Part shown: piece after piece, positions 27,651-37,729 of the stretch
Position numbering within the stretch: position 1 is the first letter of the stretch
Layout: the number at the start of each line of letters is the position of its first letter
Origin: a virus
Direction: 5' to 3' (one strand)
Virus record (IMG/VR): IMGVR_UViG_3300022602_000001
Length of the DNA stretch: 64,000 nucleotides
Notes under the pieces: generated by a model
Databases searched by the model: none
Told to the model about the DNA's origin: nothing
Seen by the model: only the letters and a program-made list of their open reading frames with translations
Made by a program: the position numbers and the translations under genes

Positions 27651-29375
27651 TTAGTGTCTTGCGGCCTCTAAATTTTTCTGCAATTGAGCACTGGCAGATG
27701 CCATTGCAGCCCTCATCCTCTTTCTTAGAGCTTTTCCACCCTTCTGATTGTTTATGAATGCGTTAAGTCCAAGACCTGAATTTTCGTCCTCGTTGTTTGG
27801 AGAATCCAGCTGGACATTTATAGTGTAGTCAAAATTTTGGTCTACATTGTCGTCTTGGACAAATGCAAGAGCACTTTGAATGATCAAAATTTGGTTTGGC
27901 GTCAGAGAAGACTGAATTGGCTGTATCAATTTCTTTGACTCCAAAAGAAGTTGAACCTCTTGAATTATAACGTTGTCGTTTGAGGCGTACGTCGGTGTAG
28001 TTTTGACAACTTCTATCCCATTGCTGTCAAGAGCTATCCCGTACCTCCTTGGAATGTTTGCCGTGCCTCTAAATATCTCCTCAGAAATTATTTGTACTGT
28101 GTAGGAACCATAGGTTAAACTGTTGTTTTGTCTATTTTTTTCTCCGTTTTGTACAAAAGAATTAAGTCCATCGATTGCTTTTTTAAGTTCTCCAGCAGTA
28201 TTCTTTAAGTCGTCAGCCAGTCCATTTGGAGCATTTTTGCAGCTTTCCAAATTTGCCACTATTTTTGATATGTCCTCAACCACAATTAATACGTCATTTG
28301 TTACTTCTGATATTGTGGAACTTATGAGCGATAGAAATTTTGACAGGGAAGTCAAGTCATTTATGACTGCATCAACAAAGTTGTTTGCTTTTTGCAGGTC
28401 ATTGCTGAAGGTGGCGTTGATGCCAGCTGTGGTGTACAGACTGGGAACAGGCAAATTCAACAAAAAATTTATTATTGCACTGAATATTTTAACAAAGGTT
28501 GTCCCAAGAACAACGTAAGACTGGCAGACATTGACTGCAGATTGGTACGAGTTCAAGTACTTTGTGATTGCCACTGCCTGTTGATTGATCACCTGCAAAG
28601 AAGGAACTAATTTTGAAATGTCAACTCCTATTACTTCATTCAGCTGGCTCAGCTCTGCCTGTATTGTTGCACTAAGAGCGCTGTTTAGCGCTGACAGCTG
28701 TACGCTCAAAAAACCATAGGTGGCATAGATGTTAATCGCCTGTATTTTAGTGCACTGTGCCCTAACGCCATTGACGTAGTTCATCACGTATACAACGTCG
28801 CTCTGACTCAGAGTCTCACTGTTCAAGTTTTGAAAGTAGGTAAGAGCCTGAGACATGTACTGATAGGACAGAAGCAAGGATGGGTATGCTTTTTTTAAGT
28901 TAGAACTGTTCAATGAACTTGGATCACTCTCGTCCAGAATGGCAAAAAGCAGCACAGTTAAACTTTTAACTTCAACAATGAGGTCCTTTACATTTATGTT
29001 TTGAGTCTCGCTGTTGGTAAATTCGTCTATGTTTGATTGAATGCTGTACGCCTTCTTTTGAAGGTTCCACGCGTTCTTTATGAGTTCAGGCTTGTTTTGA
29101 TCTGGTGGATTTTCTGGATCAAATTTGTACCCTTGAAGCGATTTTTGAACATTTGCCTGGTAAGACAACAATGAGCAAAGGTCCAAATTTGATAGGGTGT
29201 CCAAGAGTCCCAGTATTCCTACGTCTCTAATTCTGTCGTTTATTCCAGCAGTTTTAAACTCCCCAACTGAGAGCTCTTGGGTTCCATTAAATACTTTATT
29301 TATGTTAGAGCTTAGTTGATCTAACTTTTCGTTTAAAGTTTTGATGGATTTTTCAAACACAGATCTTACTGACAT
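27651..29375 (-). CDS. Large alpha-helical protein, possibly tail-tip/membrane-associated
   Basis: 574 aa, helical, hydrophobic middle segment, follows the hub/spike genes. Confidence 0.6.
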   Translation of the reverse strand: MSVRSVFEKSIKTLNEKLDQLSSNINKVFNGTQELSVGEFKTAGINDRIRDVGILGLLDTLSNLDLCSLLSYQANVQKSLQGYKFDPENPPDQNKPELIKNAWNLQKKAYSIQSNIDEFTNSETQNINVKDLIVEVKSLTVLLFAILDESDPSSLNSSNLKKAYPSLLLSYQYMSQALTYFQNLNSETLSQSDVVYVMNYVNGVRAQCTKIQAINIYATYGFLSVQLSALNSALSATIQAELSQLNEVIGVDISKLVPSLQVINQQAVAITKYLNSYQSAVNVCQSYVVLGTTFVKIFSAIINFLLNLPVPSLYTTAGINATFSNDLQKANNFVDAVINDLTSLSKFLSLISSTISEVTNDVLIVVEDISKIVANLESCKNAPNGLADDLKNTAGELKKAIDGLNSFVQNGEKNRQNNSLTYGSYTVQIISEEIFRGTANIPRRYGIALDSNGIEVVKTTPTYASNDNVIIQEVQLLLESKKLIQPIQSSLTPNQILIIQSALAFVQDDNVDQNFDYTINVQLDSPNNEDENSGLGLNAFINNQKGGKALRKRMRAAMASASAQLQKNLEAARH

Positions 29376-29821
29376 TACTTGATGTTATTTTTTTGTAAAA
29401 AAACTACCTCTGACCTGACGGAGTTCTGAATTGCGTTTCTTATCTGTGGAAGCTTAAGAGAAACCGCGCTTGCAGGAGCGCTCAAATTTGTTCTGAGGGT
29501 GGATGCATCGCCGTACTCGACATCCTTTGCTTGATCAAAAAAAGTTATTAGGTTGTCCAAGAGCAGGAGAAGCTGGTTGACCAAAGAATTACCAAGAATT
29601 ACTGGCTCTCCCTGGACGTTGGAGTCCTTCTTTCCCAGATTAATTATTGGAGCGCTTATGGTCACTCTGTCGTTTGCGTCTATGTTAACCGTGTGTATGC
29701 TGGACAGACTCACTGATTGCCTGCCAAAAACAAAAACTGAGTCCTTGTCCCCCAAAAGAGTGACCCTGTCGGAGGTTATTATTGCTTGATTGCCCTTGTA
29801 AGGAAATTGAGGTGCGTACAT
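29375..29821 (-). CDS. Baseplate spike/hub C-terminal-like protein
   Basis: G.Q.II.SDR..L beta repeats; I.LG...EP..LG motif. Confidence 0.55.
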   Translation of the reverse strand: MYAPQFPYKGNQAIITSDRVTLLGDKDSVFVFGRQSVSLSSIHTVNIDANDRVTISAPIINLGKKDSNVQGEPVILGNSLVNQLLLLLDNLITFFDQAKDVEYGDASTLRTNLSAPASAVSLKLPQIRNAIQNSVRSEVVFLQKNNIK

Positions 29822-29833
29822 GTATTTTTATTT

Positions 29834-30742
29834 TTACAGACTTTCCAAAACTGTTGCATCCTGGCTGGAAGCATCCTGGTAGTCGTTGGTTAGCACAGGA
29901 GCAAAATAAGTGTTTATGACGCTCTGCTCTTCTATCTGGACATCGACCTTGTCAAAAGACCTCAGTGGGTACTCTGATATAGAATTTATGGTTATAGACT
30001 GGCCAGACGTCAAGTATATTGAAGAAGGATCGCTGTTTATGTCCTCAACCGTGGTCGCAAAAGGATCTGAGGGGTCCGACACTTTTCCTTGACCATTTCT
30101 TATTATTGTTATGGGATCTCCGTTGTTTCCGTAGTTCGACCAGTGGTTGAACTGCTTCATTTCAGGGGTTGTTGAACCAAATCTTATGGACTGTCCAAAC
30201 CTAGACTCTATTATTGTGTCTCCCTCAAAAGGAGTCAAAGACTTCACATCCTTTTCTGCAAATGAGTACCCCTTTGGAAGTTCTGCTATGCTCTGCTGTG
30301 ATTGTCCCTGGTAGTTTGGCTGCTTTTTGTACTGCTGAGCAAATTTTGAATAGTCGTCAAGATTGGGAAATACATTGTGGTTAACCGCATTCCAAACCTG
30401 AAAAGGAGGAAAATAGAACAGCCTTTGGCTGTTGAAGTTGTCGTTGAGCCCATAAAAAGGCCCACGAGTTATGAAAACTATCTCTCCTATCAGTGGAAGC
30501 TGCTTGACAAAGCTAAATATTGGATACGCTGACTTTGAAATTGAACCAAAAGAAAGGCTGTTCCTGTTGTACAGGATCTCAAAAGAAATCTTCCCAATGT
30601 CGTCGTAGCTGCTGAAATTTTCGTCCTTTATCTTTAAATTTCCACTTTTGTAGGGTCCCAAAACAATGTCAATGACCCTTCCAATTATTATGCTGGATTC
30701 TGATTCTTTGCTATTTGCAGTGGGTGCAGCGTTGAATGCCAT
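29834..30742 (-). CDS. Baseplate hub/spike (gp5-like OB-fold) N-terminal protein
   Basis: GRV..I, P..GE.V, EGD.IIESRFGQSIRFG. Confidence 0.6.
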   Translation of the reverse strand: MAFNAAPTANSKESESSIIIGRVIDIVLGPYKSGNLKIKDENFSSYDDIGKISFEILYNRNSLSFGSISKSAYPIFSFVKQLPLIGEIVFITRGPFYGLNDNFNSQRLFYFPPFQVWNAVNHNVFPNLDDYSKFAQQYKKQPNYQGQSQQSIAELPKGYSFAEKDVKSLTPFEGDTIIESRFGQSIRFGSTTPEMKQFNHWSNYGNNGDPITIIRNGQGKVSDPSDPFATTVEDINSDPSSIYLTSGQSITINSISEYPLRSFDKVDVQIEEQSVINTYFAPVLTNDYQDASSQDATVLESL

Positions 30743-31107
30743 TACTTGCTGTTGACTATTTGTTTTTTTGCAGAAGATCCTATTGCATTGACCTCTTTCA
30801 TGAGCTGTTCTATGTCCCTCTCAGACAGCAGCTCGCTAATTGCCTCGTTCTCTTTTTGGCTGGCTTGTGCTGCCTTTTGGAAGAGAGACAAGAGCTTTAC
30901 AAGGACCTCGTCGTTCTTTAAACTTGAATCTATGAGCCCTTTTATTTGGGGCATGAAAGCCACTGCGTCTCCCGGGCCCTCTATCATGCTTGAGATCTCC
31001 TGTATTTTTTCTTTTATGACTGAGTCCTGGTCCTTTTGCCTGTTGTAGACTTCCTGCACCAGGTCAGATATTTTTTTGCCGGAAAAAACTTCCTTGTCCA
31101 GTTCCAT
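30742..31107 (-). CDS. Conserved hypothetical protein
   Basis: 121 aa, KNDE.L.KL; late motif upstream. Confidence 0.75.
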   Translation of the reverse strand: MELDKEVFSGKKISDLVQEVYNRQKDQDSVIKEKIQEISSMIEGPGDAVAFMPQIKGLIDSSLKNDEVLVKLLSLFQKAAQASQKENEAISELLSERDIEQLMKEVNAIGSSAKKQIVNSK

Positions 31108-31122
31108 AGTTTCTGTTTGTGT

Positions 31123-31130
31123 ATAAATAT
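31123..31130 (-). promoter_or_regulatory. ATATTTAT putative late promoter
   Basis: Immediately downstream of the sigma factor gene, upstream of 31107. Confidence 0.55.
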
Positions 31131-31134
31131 TGAA

Positions 31135-31869
31135 TTAGTAGTTTTCTATCCTTTCCTTAAGTATATTTGTATACACAATTTTTAGCTTTTTTATGACCCT
31201 GGTTATTGTGCTGGATTGGATATTTGCCATCTCTTTTACGTAGATGAACAGCGCTTTTTTGTTGAAAATGTCAATATTGTTTCTTTTTTTGAATATTTCC
31301 AGTATGGCACAGGCAGCTTTTAGGTCGTCCTCCCTTTCAAATATGTCAAAGATGTTCTCTTCCAAGTACTTTATCAGTTCCTCGAGCACCTCCGACCTGT
31401 CCAGTGTGAATTCATCAGGGTCAACAACCAAATTTTTGTGAACATCCTTTTGACCGTCAATGTCTTCTATCACCATTTTTGAAACGAGCCTGTTGTAGTT
31501 CTTGGTGTTGTAGGTTATCAAATACCTTTTTGCTATAGTGCCAAAATAGGAATAGGCCTTTCCCTTTGTTTGGTCGTATAGATGCAGTTTTTGGAGCAGA
31601 AAGGAGATCACTTCGTACTTCAGGTCCTCTATGTTGTCCACTTCCGTGTGGTAAAATTTAAACGTGTGTATTATGTTTTCCACCAGTTTGTAAAAAGCAT
31701 AATGAATTTCCCTGTTGTATATTCTATTTTTCTCAAAATTGTCAACCTCACTTCGGTATCTAACGATTGCGTCTTCAGTTTCTTTTGTGAAGTACAGATT
31801 TTTTGTTTTTGCCTTTCTCTTTCTAGGAAGTCCTTTTTTGGTCAGGCCTAAAGATTCTTTTTCTTCCAC
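31135..31869 (-). CDS. Phage sigma factor for late transcription (gp55-like)
   Basis: Sigma region 2-like EDL..E...L......YD..KG.AYSYF.TI. Confidence 0.75.
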   Translation of the reverse strand: MEEKESLGLTKKGLPRKRKAKTKNLYFTKETEDAIVRYRSEVDNFEKNRIYNREIHYAFYKLVENIIHTFKFYHTEVDNIEDLKYEVISFLLQKLHLYDQTKGKAYSYFGTIAKRYLITYNTKNYNRLVSKMVIEDIDGQKDVHKNLVVDPDEFTLDRSEVLEELIKYLEENIFDIFEREDDLKAACAILEIFKKRNNIDIFNKKALFIYVKEMANIQSSTITRVIKKLKIVYTNILKERIENY

Positions 31870-31875
31870 TGTTGT

Positions 31876-32154
31876 TTATTTTCTTCCTGTAAAATCTTGG
31901 ACTCTTTTTTGGATCTGCTTTATGGTTTCAAAGAGTTGAAGTAGCTCAGGATCTGATTGAACCCACATGGTCATGTCTATTTTGTTGACAAGGGAGTTGA
32001 ACTCGTCCAACATTGTTATTGTTCCATTCACAAAGTTCGACTGATTTAAGACCATCTCCTCCAATTTTTTGTTCTTTTGGTAGAGGTTCCAAATCACGTA
32101 GCCAATTGTTCCAAAAACCCACAAAAAAATTGAGATTATTCCTATCACGTTCAT
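31876..32154 (-). CDS. Small membrane protein
   Basis: N-terminal transmembrane helix. Confidence 0.75.
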   Translation of the reverse strand: MNVIGIISIFLWVFGTIGYVIWNLYQKNKKLEEMVLNQSNFVNGTITMLDEFNSLVNKIDMTMWVQSDPELLQLFETIKQIQKRVQDFTGRK

Positions 32155-32786
32155 ATAATTTGTTTTTCTACTTTTGATGCCATGAGATCTGCCTGGTGCA
32201 AAATGTGCACAATGTTTGATTTTATCTCAGATTCTGCAGAGTGGGTCAGGTAGTAGACCTTGTTTGCTTCTTCGTAAAGGCCGTCGTGCAACTTTATGGC
32301 AAAGAACTCGTTCTCGGTCACAGCAATTCCTGCCTTTTGAAGTTCAAAAAGGCTCCTGTCAGACACTCTCATGTGGGAGAGCTTTGGATTTCCTTTGTAG
32401 TATGCTCCCTGCTTCTCTACGTGCCACTGGGAGTCGTTCTGTACGTACAGAGGCTCAGAGTTAGATCCCAGCTTGCCAAGGTCGTGGTTGATGGCAGAAA
32501 AAACCAGCTCCTCTATTGTGTAGTCCTTCTTTTGGTTGAACCTGTCCCACACCTTGTCCATGACCAGAGCTGCCTCTACAACCCTATTGACGTGGTCAAG
32601 GTAGCCCCCTGGAAAGCAGTTATGGTGGTTTATTCTGGAGGAAGCTGGAGAGGTCATAAGAATCATCTCAACGCTTGAGTAGAAGTCCAGGAGCTTTTGA
32701 GCTCTCTCTGGGGAGATGTACTTTTTTATGTAGCCTTTGAACTTTTCCAGGCTTTCCTGGATCTGTTCTGCTGTCAATTTTTTCAT
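32151..32786 (-). CDS. HD-domain phosphohydrolase
   Basis: PAS...HH..FPGG..DH, HDLGK, HDG, H.AD. Confidence 0.85.
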   Translation of the reverse strand: MKKLTAEQIQESLEKFKGYIKKYISPERAQKLLDFYSSVEMILMTSPASSRINHHNCFPGGYLDHVNRVVEAALVMDKVWDRFNQKKDYTIEELVFSAINHDLGKLGSNSEPLYVQNDSQWHVEKQGAYYKGNPKLSHMRVSDRSLFELQKAGIAVTENEFFAIKLHDGLYEEANKVYYLTHSAESEIKSNIVHILHQADLMASKVEKQII

Positions 32787-32800
32787 GCTTTTTTTATTTT

Positions 32801-32986
32801 TTAGTTGAAGATTTGTTGTTCCTCGTTATTTAGAAGAACCTCTATCTCGTTCATCTTGATCCTCATCCTCTCCAGCTGATTTCTAAGAGTGTCTGGGTGT
32901 TCTAACCTCGATATTGAAGAATCCTGGGCCATTATCAGGTTGTTCAACTCGTTAAATTTTCTGATGATCAGTTCTTTGTGCTTCAT
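32801..32986 (-). CDS. Small hypothetical protein
   Basis: 61 aa, tightly packed in the operon. Confidence 0.65.
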   Translation of the reverse strand: MKHKELIIRKFNELNNLIMAQDSSISRLEHPDTLRNQLERMRIKMNEIEVLLNNEEQQIFN

Positions 32987-32987
32987 T

Positions 32988-33281
32988 TTACTTTTTTATT
33001 ATTTGTACTATTTGTTGGACAGATATGCAGGGCTTAAGGACGTACTCGTCCTTTTTCTGGTTTACTTTTTTTAGGTTCTCGTAGTCAGAAGTGATGTAAA
33101 TGAGCCTGTTGTTTACATCTATTAGCATTGGATAGTCGCAGCTGTCTGTAATGACTTCCAGCTCATCACAAAAATCTTCATTTTCTTCACATGAAATTTC
33201 TTTGTAGAAAATATTTAATTTCTCCAGTTCTCTCTTAAGAGAAGAGCACCTGTCGCACCCTTTAAGAGTTACTATCTTCAT
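32988..33281 (-). CDS. Glutaredoxin/thioredoxin-like protein
   Basis: N-terminal CDRC and a cis-Pro-like YP motif. Confidence 0.65.
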   Translation of the reverse strand: MKIVTLKGCDRCSSLKRELEKLNIFYKEISCEENEDFCDELEVITDSCDYPMLIDVNNRLIYITSDYENLKKVNQKKDEYVLKPCISVQQIVQIIKK

Positions 33282-33426
33282 TATCTGAAAAGTTTTTGTC
33301 GACTAATTTCATTACGTCTGTCCACATGAGCTTGTCCTCGTCTGACATAGAATCAAATTCTCCAGAAAGATAGAGATAAACTAAATCTAAATCTTCTTCT
33401 GTTATATTATTAATATCTATAATCAT
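33262..33426 (-). CDS. Small acidic protein, 54 aa (MIIDINNITEEDL...)
   Basis: Read from the sequence; first gene of the - strand operon. Confidence 0.55.
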   Translation of the reverse strand: MIIDINNITEEDLDLVYLYLSGEFDSMSDEDKLMWTDVMKLVDKNFSDNEDSNS

Positions 33427-33605
33427 GTATATTATAGTATTAGTATAGTTATTATTGTATTATAGTATACTATATTTTCCAGTTTATCTAGTTCTAGATA
33501 GAATATAGAGATCAATTTTACATAAAAAAAATATATTTTTCATGTTTACATTAAAATCTAAACATAAATTTTAAATTTTTTACTATTGATAAAATTTGGT
33601 ATGTT
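33427..33605. promoter_or_regulatory. Very AT-rich divergent control region
   Basis: Low-complexity TATAGT/TATTA repeats between divergent operons. Confidence 0.55.
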
Positions 33606-34547
33606 ATGTACAGTATGGAATCTCACGAATACGTTTTAGGGCTGTTAGAATCTGTTTTTGGTACTGGAAAGAGGTATGGCAAGAATTTTGACTATGCCTT
33701 TAGCTGTCCATTTTGCAACCACAAGAATCCAAAGCTCATAGTCAATGTAAAGAGCGGCCAATACAACTGTTGGACGTGTCAGCCCCCCACAAAGGGAAGG
33801 ACTCCAGTGTCTCTGCTGGTTAAATTTGGCGCAGACAGGGATACTATTCTGGAGATGAAGGGATACTTCAAAAATGACAACACAAAAATAGACTCAGAAG
33901 GTCAAAAAAATTTATTTCTGCCAAAAGAGTTTATATCGTTTGTTGATAATGATGGGTCTTTGGAGTACAGGAGGGCTGCTGTTTATCTAAAAAAGAGGGG
34001 AGTTGGAGCCTCCGACGTTCTAAAGTACAACATAGGATACTGCAAGTCGGGCAGGTACAGAAACATGATAATTGTCCCTTCATACGACAAAGAGGGGAAG
34101 CTAAACTATTTTGTAGCCAGGTCCTTTGAGGAAAAACCAAATACCAAGTACGACTCTCCGTCCGCATCAAAGTCAGAAATAATTGGCATGGAGTACTTTA
34201 TAAATTGGCAGGTACCAGTAATTCTTTGCGAAGGAGCATTTGACGCACTTGCAATAAAACGCAATGCCATTCCCCTGTTTGGAAAAACAATACCAAGGGC
34301 ACTCATGCTAAAGCTGGTTGAGTCCCAAGTAAAGACCGTGTACTTAGCACTGGACAGAGACGCCCTTAAGGAGGCGCTGTCTTACTCCCAGACTCTTTTG
34401 AACCACGGCAAAGAGGTGTATCTCATAGAGTTGGACGGAAAAGATCCAAGCGACATAGGATTTGAGAGGATGACCCAGCTTCTGCAAAGAGCAGCTCCGC
34501 TTACCTTCACAGACCTTCTCACAAGAAAATTGCAAATGGCAAATTAG
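33606..34547 (+). CDS. DNA primase (Zn finger + TOPRIM; gp61/DnaG-like)
   Basis: CPFC...CWTC, YLKKRG, LCEGAFDA, LDRDA, KDPSD. Confidence 0.92.
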   Translation: MYSMESHEYVLGLLESVFGTGKRYGKNFDYAFSCPFCNHKNPKLIVNVKSGQYNCWTCQPPTKGRTPVSLLVKFGADRDTILEMKGYFKNDNTKIDSEGQKNLFLPKEFISFVDNDGSLEYRRAAVYLKKRGVGASDVLKYNIGYCKSGRYRNMIIVPSYDKEGKLNYFVARSFEEKPNTKYDSPSASKSEIIGMEYFINWQVPVILCEGAFDALAIKRNAIPLFGKTIPRALMLKLVESQVKTVYLALDRDALKEALSYSQTLLNHGKEVYLIELDGKDPSDIGFERMTQLLQRAAPLTFTDLLTRKLQMAN

Positions 34548-34548
34548 C

Positions 34549-37500
34549 ATGAAAGAACTAAAGATGGGCATTGGACTGATTTCTCTGGAGAGAATATACC
34601 ACATATCCGATGTTCACATAAGAAACTTTAAAAGGCACGAGGAGTATACAAGAGTTTTTGAAAAGCTGTATGCATACATTTCAAGCACATTTACGGAGGA
34701 CAGCCTAATAGTGCTCACGGGAGACATCGTCCACTCAAAGACGGACGTCACCCCTGAGCTGGTTAACATGGTACAGACCTTCCTTAGAAGGTTGTGCTCT
34801 ATAGGCCCAGTGCTGATGATTCCTGGCAATCACGATGCAAACCTAAACAACTCCAGAAGAATGGATGCGCTGACACCAATAGTCAACGCTCTTAACCATA
34901 AAAACTTACTTTATGTCATTGATACTTGTTATTTTACCATTGCAGGAAAGACATTTACCCACTGGTCCGTTTTTGACAAGCCGGAGAGTTACAAAACAGC
35001 AGAGGAAGTTCCTGGTAACTACAAAATAGTCATGTTTCACGGGCCGGTGACAGGGACTCAGCTCAGAGAGAACTCTCAGTTGATCGATCAAAATATGACC
35101 GTCCTGGACTTTGAGGGATTTGACATTGCTCTCCTTGGAGACATACACACGAGGCAGTTTTTAAATGCAGAGCAGACAATAGGATATCCAGGTTCACTAA
35201 TTCAGCAGAACCATGGAGAGTCTATAGGGAAGGGGATTTATGTTTGGGACCTAAAAAGCAAAAAGGCTGAGTACGTTGAGATTGAAAATGACACTGCCTT
35301 CTACACGATCAACGTGGACTCTGGAATCCACGATCCTCTTCCTTCACATTTGCCGAAAAACTTGTACCTTAGAGTGAGGCACAAGAACACCTCGCAGTCC
35401 TTCATAAAGGACCTTGTCGGCCAAGTTAAGAAAAGCAAAAGCATTGTTGAGCTGACCATTCAAAAGGTGAACGATCTCTACGAATCCGAAAGTGGCGAAA
35501 GAAAATTTCACATCATAGACGTGAGAGATGTGAACTACCAAAACTCTGTGCTAGCGGAATTTTTGAATAAGTCTGATGTGGAAGACCAAAGCTCAATAAA
35601 GAGAATACTGGAGATAAACAACACATTAAACCAAAGGCTGACAAAATCGGAGGTGCCAAGAAACTCAATTTGGCTTCCAAAAGAGTTCAAATTTGACAAC
35701 ATGTTCTCCTATGGAGAGGGAAATGTGGTCAACTTTTCTGTCATGGAGGGTACCTATGGAATCTTTGCTCAGAACGCTAGTGGAAAATCCACACTGCTTG
35801 ACTCAATAGCGTACTGCATATTTGATAAGTGCTCAAAGACTTCAAAGGCCGCCCAGGTGATGAACAACCAGACAAGCAGCTTTTACTGCAAGCTGACTTT
35901 TGAACTGCATGGAAGCGAGTACTGCATAGAGAGGACTGGATCAAAGCAAAAGTACGGAAACGTAAAGGTGGACGTAGACTTTTATAGGCTGGAAGGAGAG
36001 GAAAAGGTCTCCCTCAACGGCAAGGACAGAAACGACACAAATGCAAACATCAGGTCTCTTATGGGAAGCTACGAGGACTTTGTGATGACGGCCATGTCAG
36101 TCCAAAACAACAACACGGGGTTTGTCGACATGTCCCAGAGCGACAGAAAGGACCTACTCTCCCAGTTCTTGGACATAAACGTCTACGAGGAGCTATACCA
36201 GCTGGCCAACAGTGAGTCCAGGGACGTCCTTGCTGTGCTGAAACAGTACCAAAAGGAGGACTACAGTGGGATGATCAAGAGGGCGCAGTTCGACATGGAA
36301 ACTCTGTCGTTGTCGATAGAAGAAAAATCTGAGCTGAAGAGGTCTTGCGAGAAGGAAATTGCAGAAAGAGACAGGCAGATACTGCAAAAGACAAAAAAAA
36401 TAGTCAGTCTCAGCATGGCCGTCCACAACATAGACAAACTCAGAACAGACAGGGACAGCACTCTGAGCTCTTTAAAAAAGTTGGAGGCTGCAGCGGTTGA
36501 AACCAGAAAAAAGTACAAGGACTTGGAAAGTGCACTGGAGTCTAATAGGAGTGCCCTGTTTAAGTTCGACTCTGGGAGAATAAAAGCAAGAACAGAGGAG
36601 TGGAAAAATTGCTTGGAAGAGCTTACAAAAAAGAACTTGGAGCTTAGCAGAGCAACAACAAACCTAGCAAACAGCAGGAAAAAAACTGAGAAGTTGCTCC
36701 AGTTGGAGTACGACGAAAACTGCTCATACTGCATGAACAATGTGTTTGTGAAGGACGCAATTGAAACAAAGAACTACATACAAAAAGAGGAGGAGCTGGT
36801 CGAGTCCCTAAAGGAGATCTGCTCTAGCTTAAGTTTGAGGGCAGAAGAAGCCTCAAAAGTGCAAAAAGAGAGCAGAGACTATGAGGAGCTCCTGTTAGAA
36901 ATAAAAAGAATTGAGTCTGAAAAGTCAAAGCTCGAGCTGGAAATTTCAAAGATGTCCAACAGGTACAAGGACGGAGACATTGCCTTGAAAAAAATAGAGG
37001 CCTCAATTGTGGAGTACACAAATAATCAGGAGTCCATAAAGGAAAACGAAAAAACAAACAGGGAAATAGAGCTTCTGCAAAAAGAAAAGCTGAACTACGA
37101 GTCCGTTCTTTCTAGAGTCAACAGGGAGCTGACAGACTGCACAATAGAGTACAAACTCATTGAGAAGAGCAGGGACTCTCACTCAGCGTCGCTGGAGAGG
37201 CTGAAGCAGCTGGAGAAGGACTTCAAGGACTACCAGCTCTACCTAACTGCAGTCCACAGGGACGGAATTCCCCACTCTTTGATCACCAACATAATACCCA
37301 ATCTGCAGGACGAAATAAACAACGTTCTTTCTCAGATAGTAGATTTTTCCGTCGTCCTTCAGCCCAACGACAAATCCATAAATGCCTACATAGCCTACTC
37401 AGAGGATAATTTTTGGCCAATAGAGCTGGTCTCTGGGATGGAGAAGTTTGTCACAAACCTGGCAATCAGGACGTCTCTAATAAGCATCTCATCTCTCCCA

Positions 37501-37704
37501 AAGCCAAACTTTATTGCAATAGACGAAGGGTTTGGAGCATTGGATTCCAACAATATAGGCTCAATGGCGTGGCTATTTGACCACCTAAAGACCCAGTTCA
37601 AGTTCATAGTTGTCATTTCACACATAGACTCCATGAGGGACATAGTGGACAACCACCTGGAGATAAACAAACTGAATGGAAGGTCCAGAATAGAGTACCT
37701 GTAG
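34549..37704 (+). CDS. Fused recombination nuclease SbcD/Mre11 (gp47) - SbcC/Rad50 (gp46)
   Basis: SDVH, TGD, PGNHD, FHG, LGDIH; then Walker A NASGKST, coiled coil with CSYC hook, SGMEK, IDEGFGALD, ISH. Confidence 0.92.
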   Translation: MKELKMGIGLISLERIYHISDVHIRNFKRHEEYTRVFEKLYAYISSTFTEDSLIVLTGDIVHSKTDVTPELVNMVQTFLRRLCSIGPVLMIPGNHDANLNNSRRMDALTPIVNALNHKNLLYVIDTCYFTIAGKTFTHWSVFDKPESYKTAEEVPGNYKIVMFHGPVTGTQLRENSQLIDQNMTVLDFEGFDIALLGDIHTRQFLNAEQTIGYPGSLIQQNHGESIGKGIYVWDLKSKKAEYVEIENDTAFYTINVDSGIHDPLPSHLPKNLYLRVRHKNTSQSFIKDLVGQVKKSKSIVELTIQKVNDLYESESGERKFHIIDVRDVNYQNSVLAEFLNKSDVEDQSSIKRILEINNTLNQRLTKSEVPRNSIWLPKEFKFDNMFSYGEGNVVNFSVMEGTYGIFAQNASGKSTLLDSIAYCIFDKCSKTSKAAQVMNNQTSSFYCKLTFELHGSEYCIERTGSKQKYGNVKVDVDFYRLEGEEKVSLNGKDRNDTNANIRSLMGSYEDFVMTAMSVQNNNTGFVDMSQSDRKDLLSQFLDINVYEELYQLANSESRDVLAVLKQYQKEDYSGMIKRAQFDMETLSLSIEEKSELKRSCEKEIAERDRQILQKTKKIVSLSMAVHNIDKLRTDRDSTLSSLKKLEAAAVETRKKYKDLESALESNRSALFKFDSGRIKARTEEWKNCLEELTKKNLELSRATTNLANSRKKTEKLLQLEYDENCSYCMNNVFVKDAIETKNYIQKEEELVESLKEICSSLSLRAEEASKVQKESRDYEELLLEIKRIESEKSKLELEISKMSNRYKDGDIALKKIEASIVEYTNNQESIKENEKTNREIELLQKEKLNYESVLSRVNRELTDCTIEYKLIEKSRDSHSASLERLKQLEKDFKDYQLYLTAVHRDGIPHSLITNIIPNLQDEINNVLSQIVDFSVVLQPNDKSINAYIAYSEDNFWPIELVSGMEKFVTNLAIRTSLISISSLPKPNFIAIDEGFGALDSNNIGSMAWLFDHLKTQFKFIVVISHIDSMRDIVDNHLEINKLNGRSRIEYL

Positions 37705-37706
37705 AC

Positions 37707-37714
37707 ATATTTAT
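37707..37714 (+). promoter_or_regulatory. ATATTTAT putative late promoter
   Basis: Upstream of 37730. Confidence 0.55.
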
Positions 37715-37729
37715 TAGTAAAATTCATTA

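Noticed and set aside
32801-32986. MKHK... ORF as another M[KR]H-family member
   Set aside because: Only the first residues match. It has a heptad coiled-coil pattern rather than tetrads and sits in a different operon.
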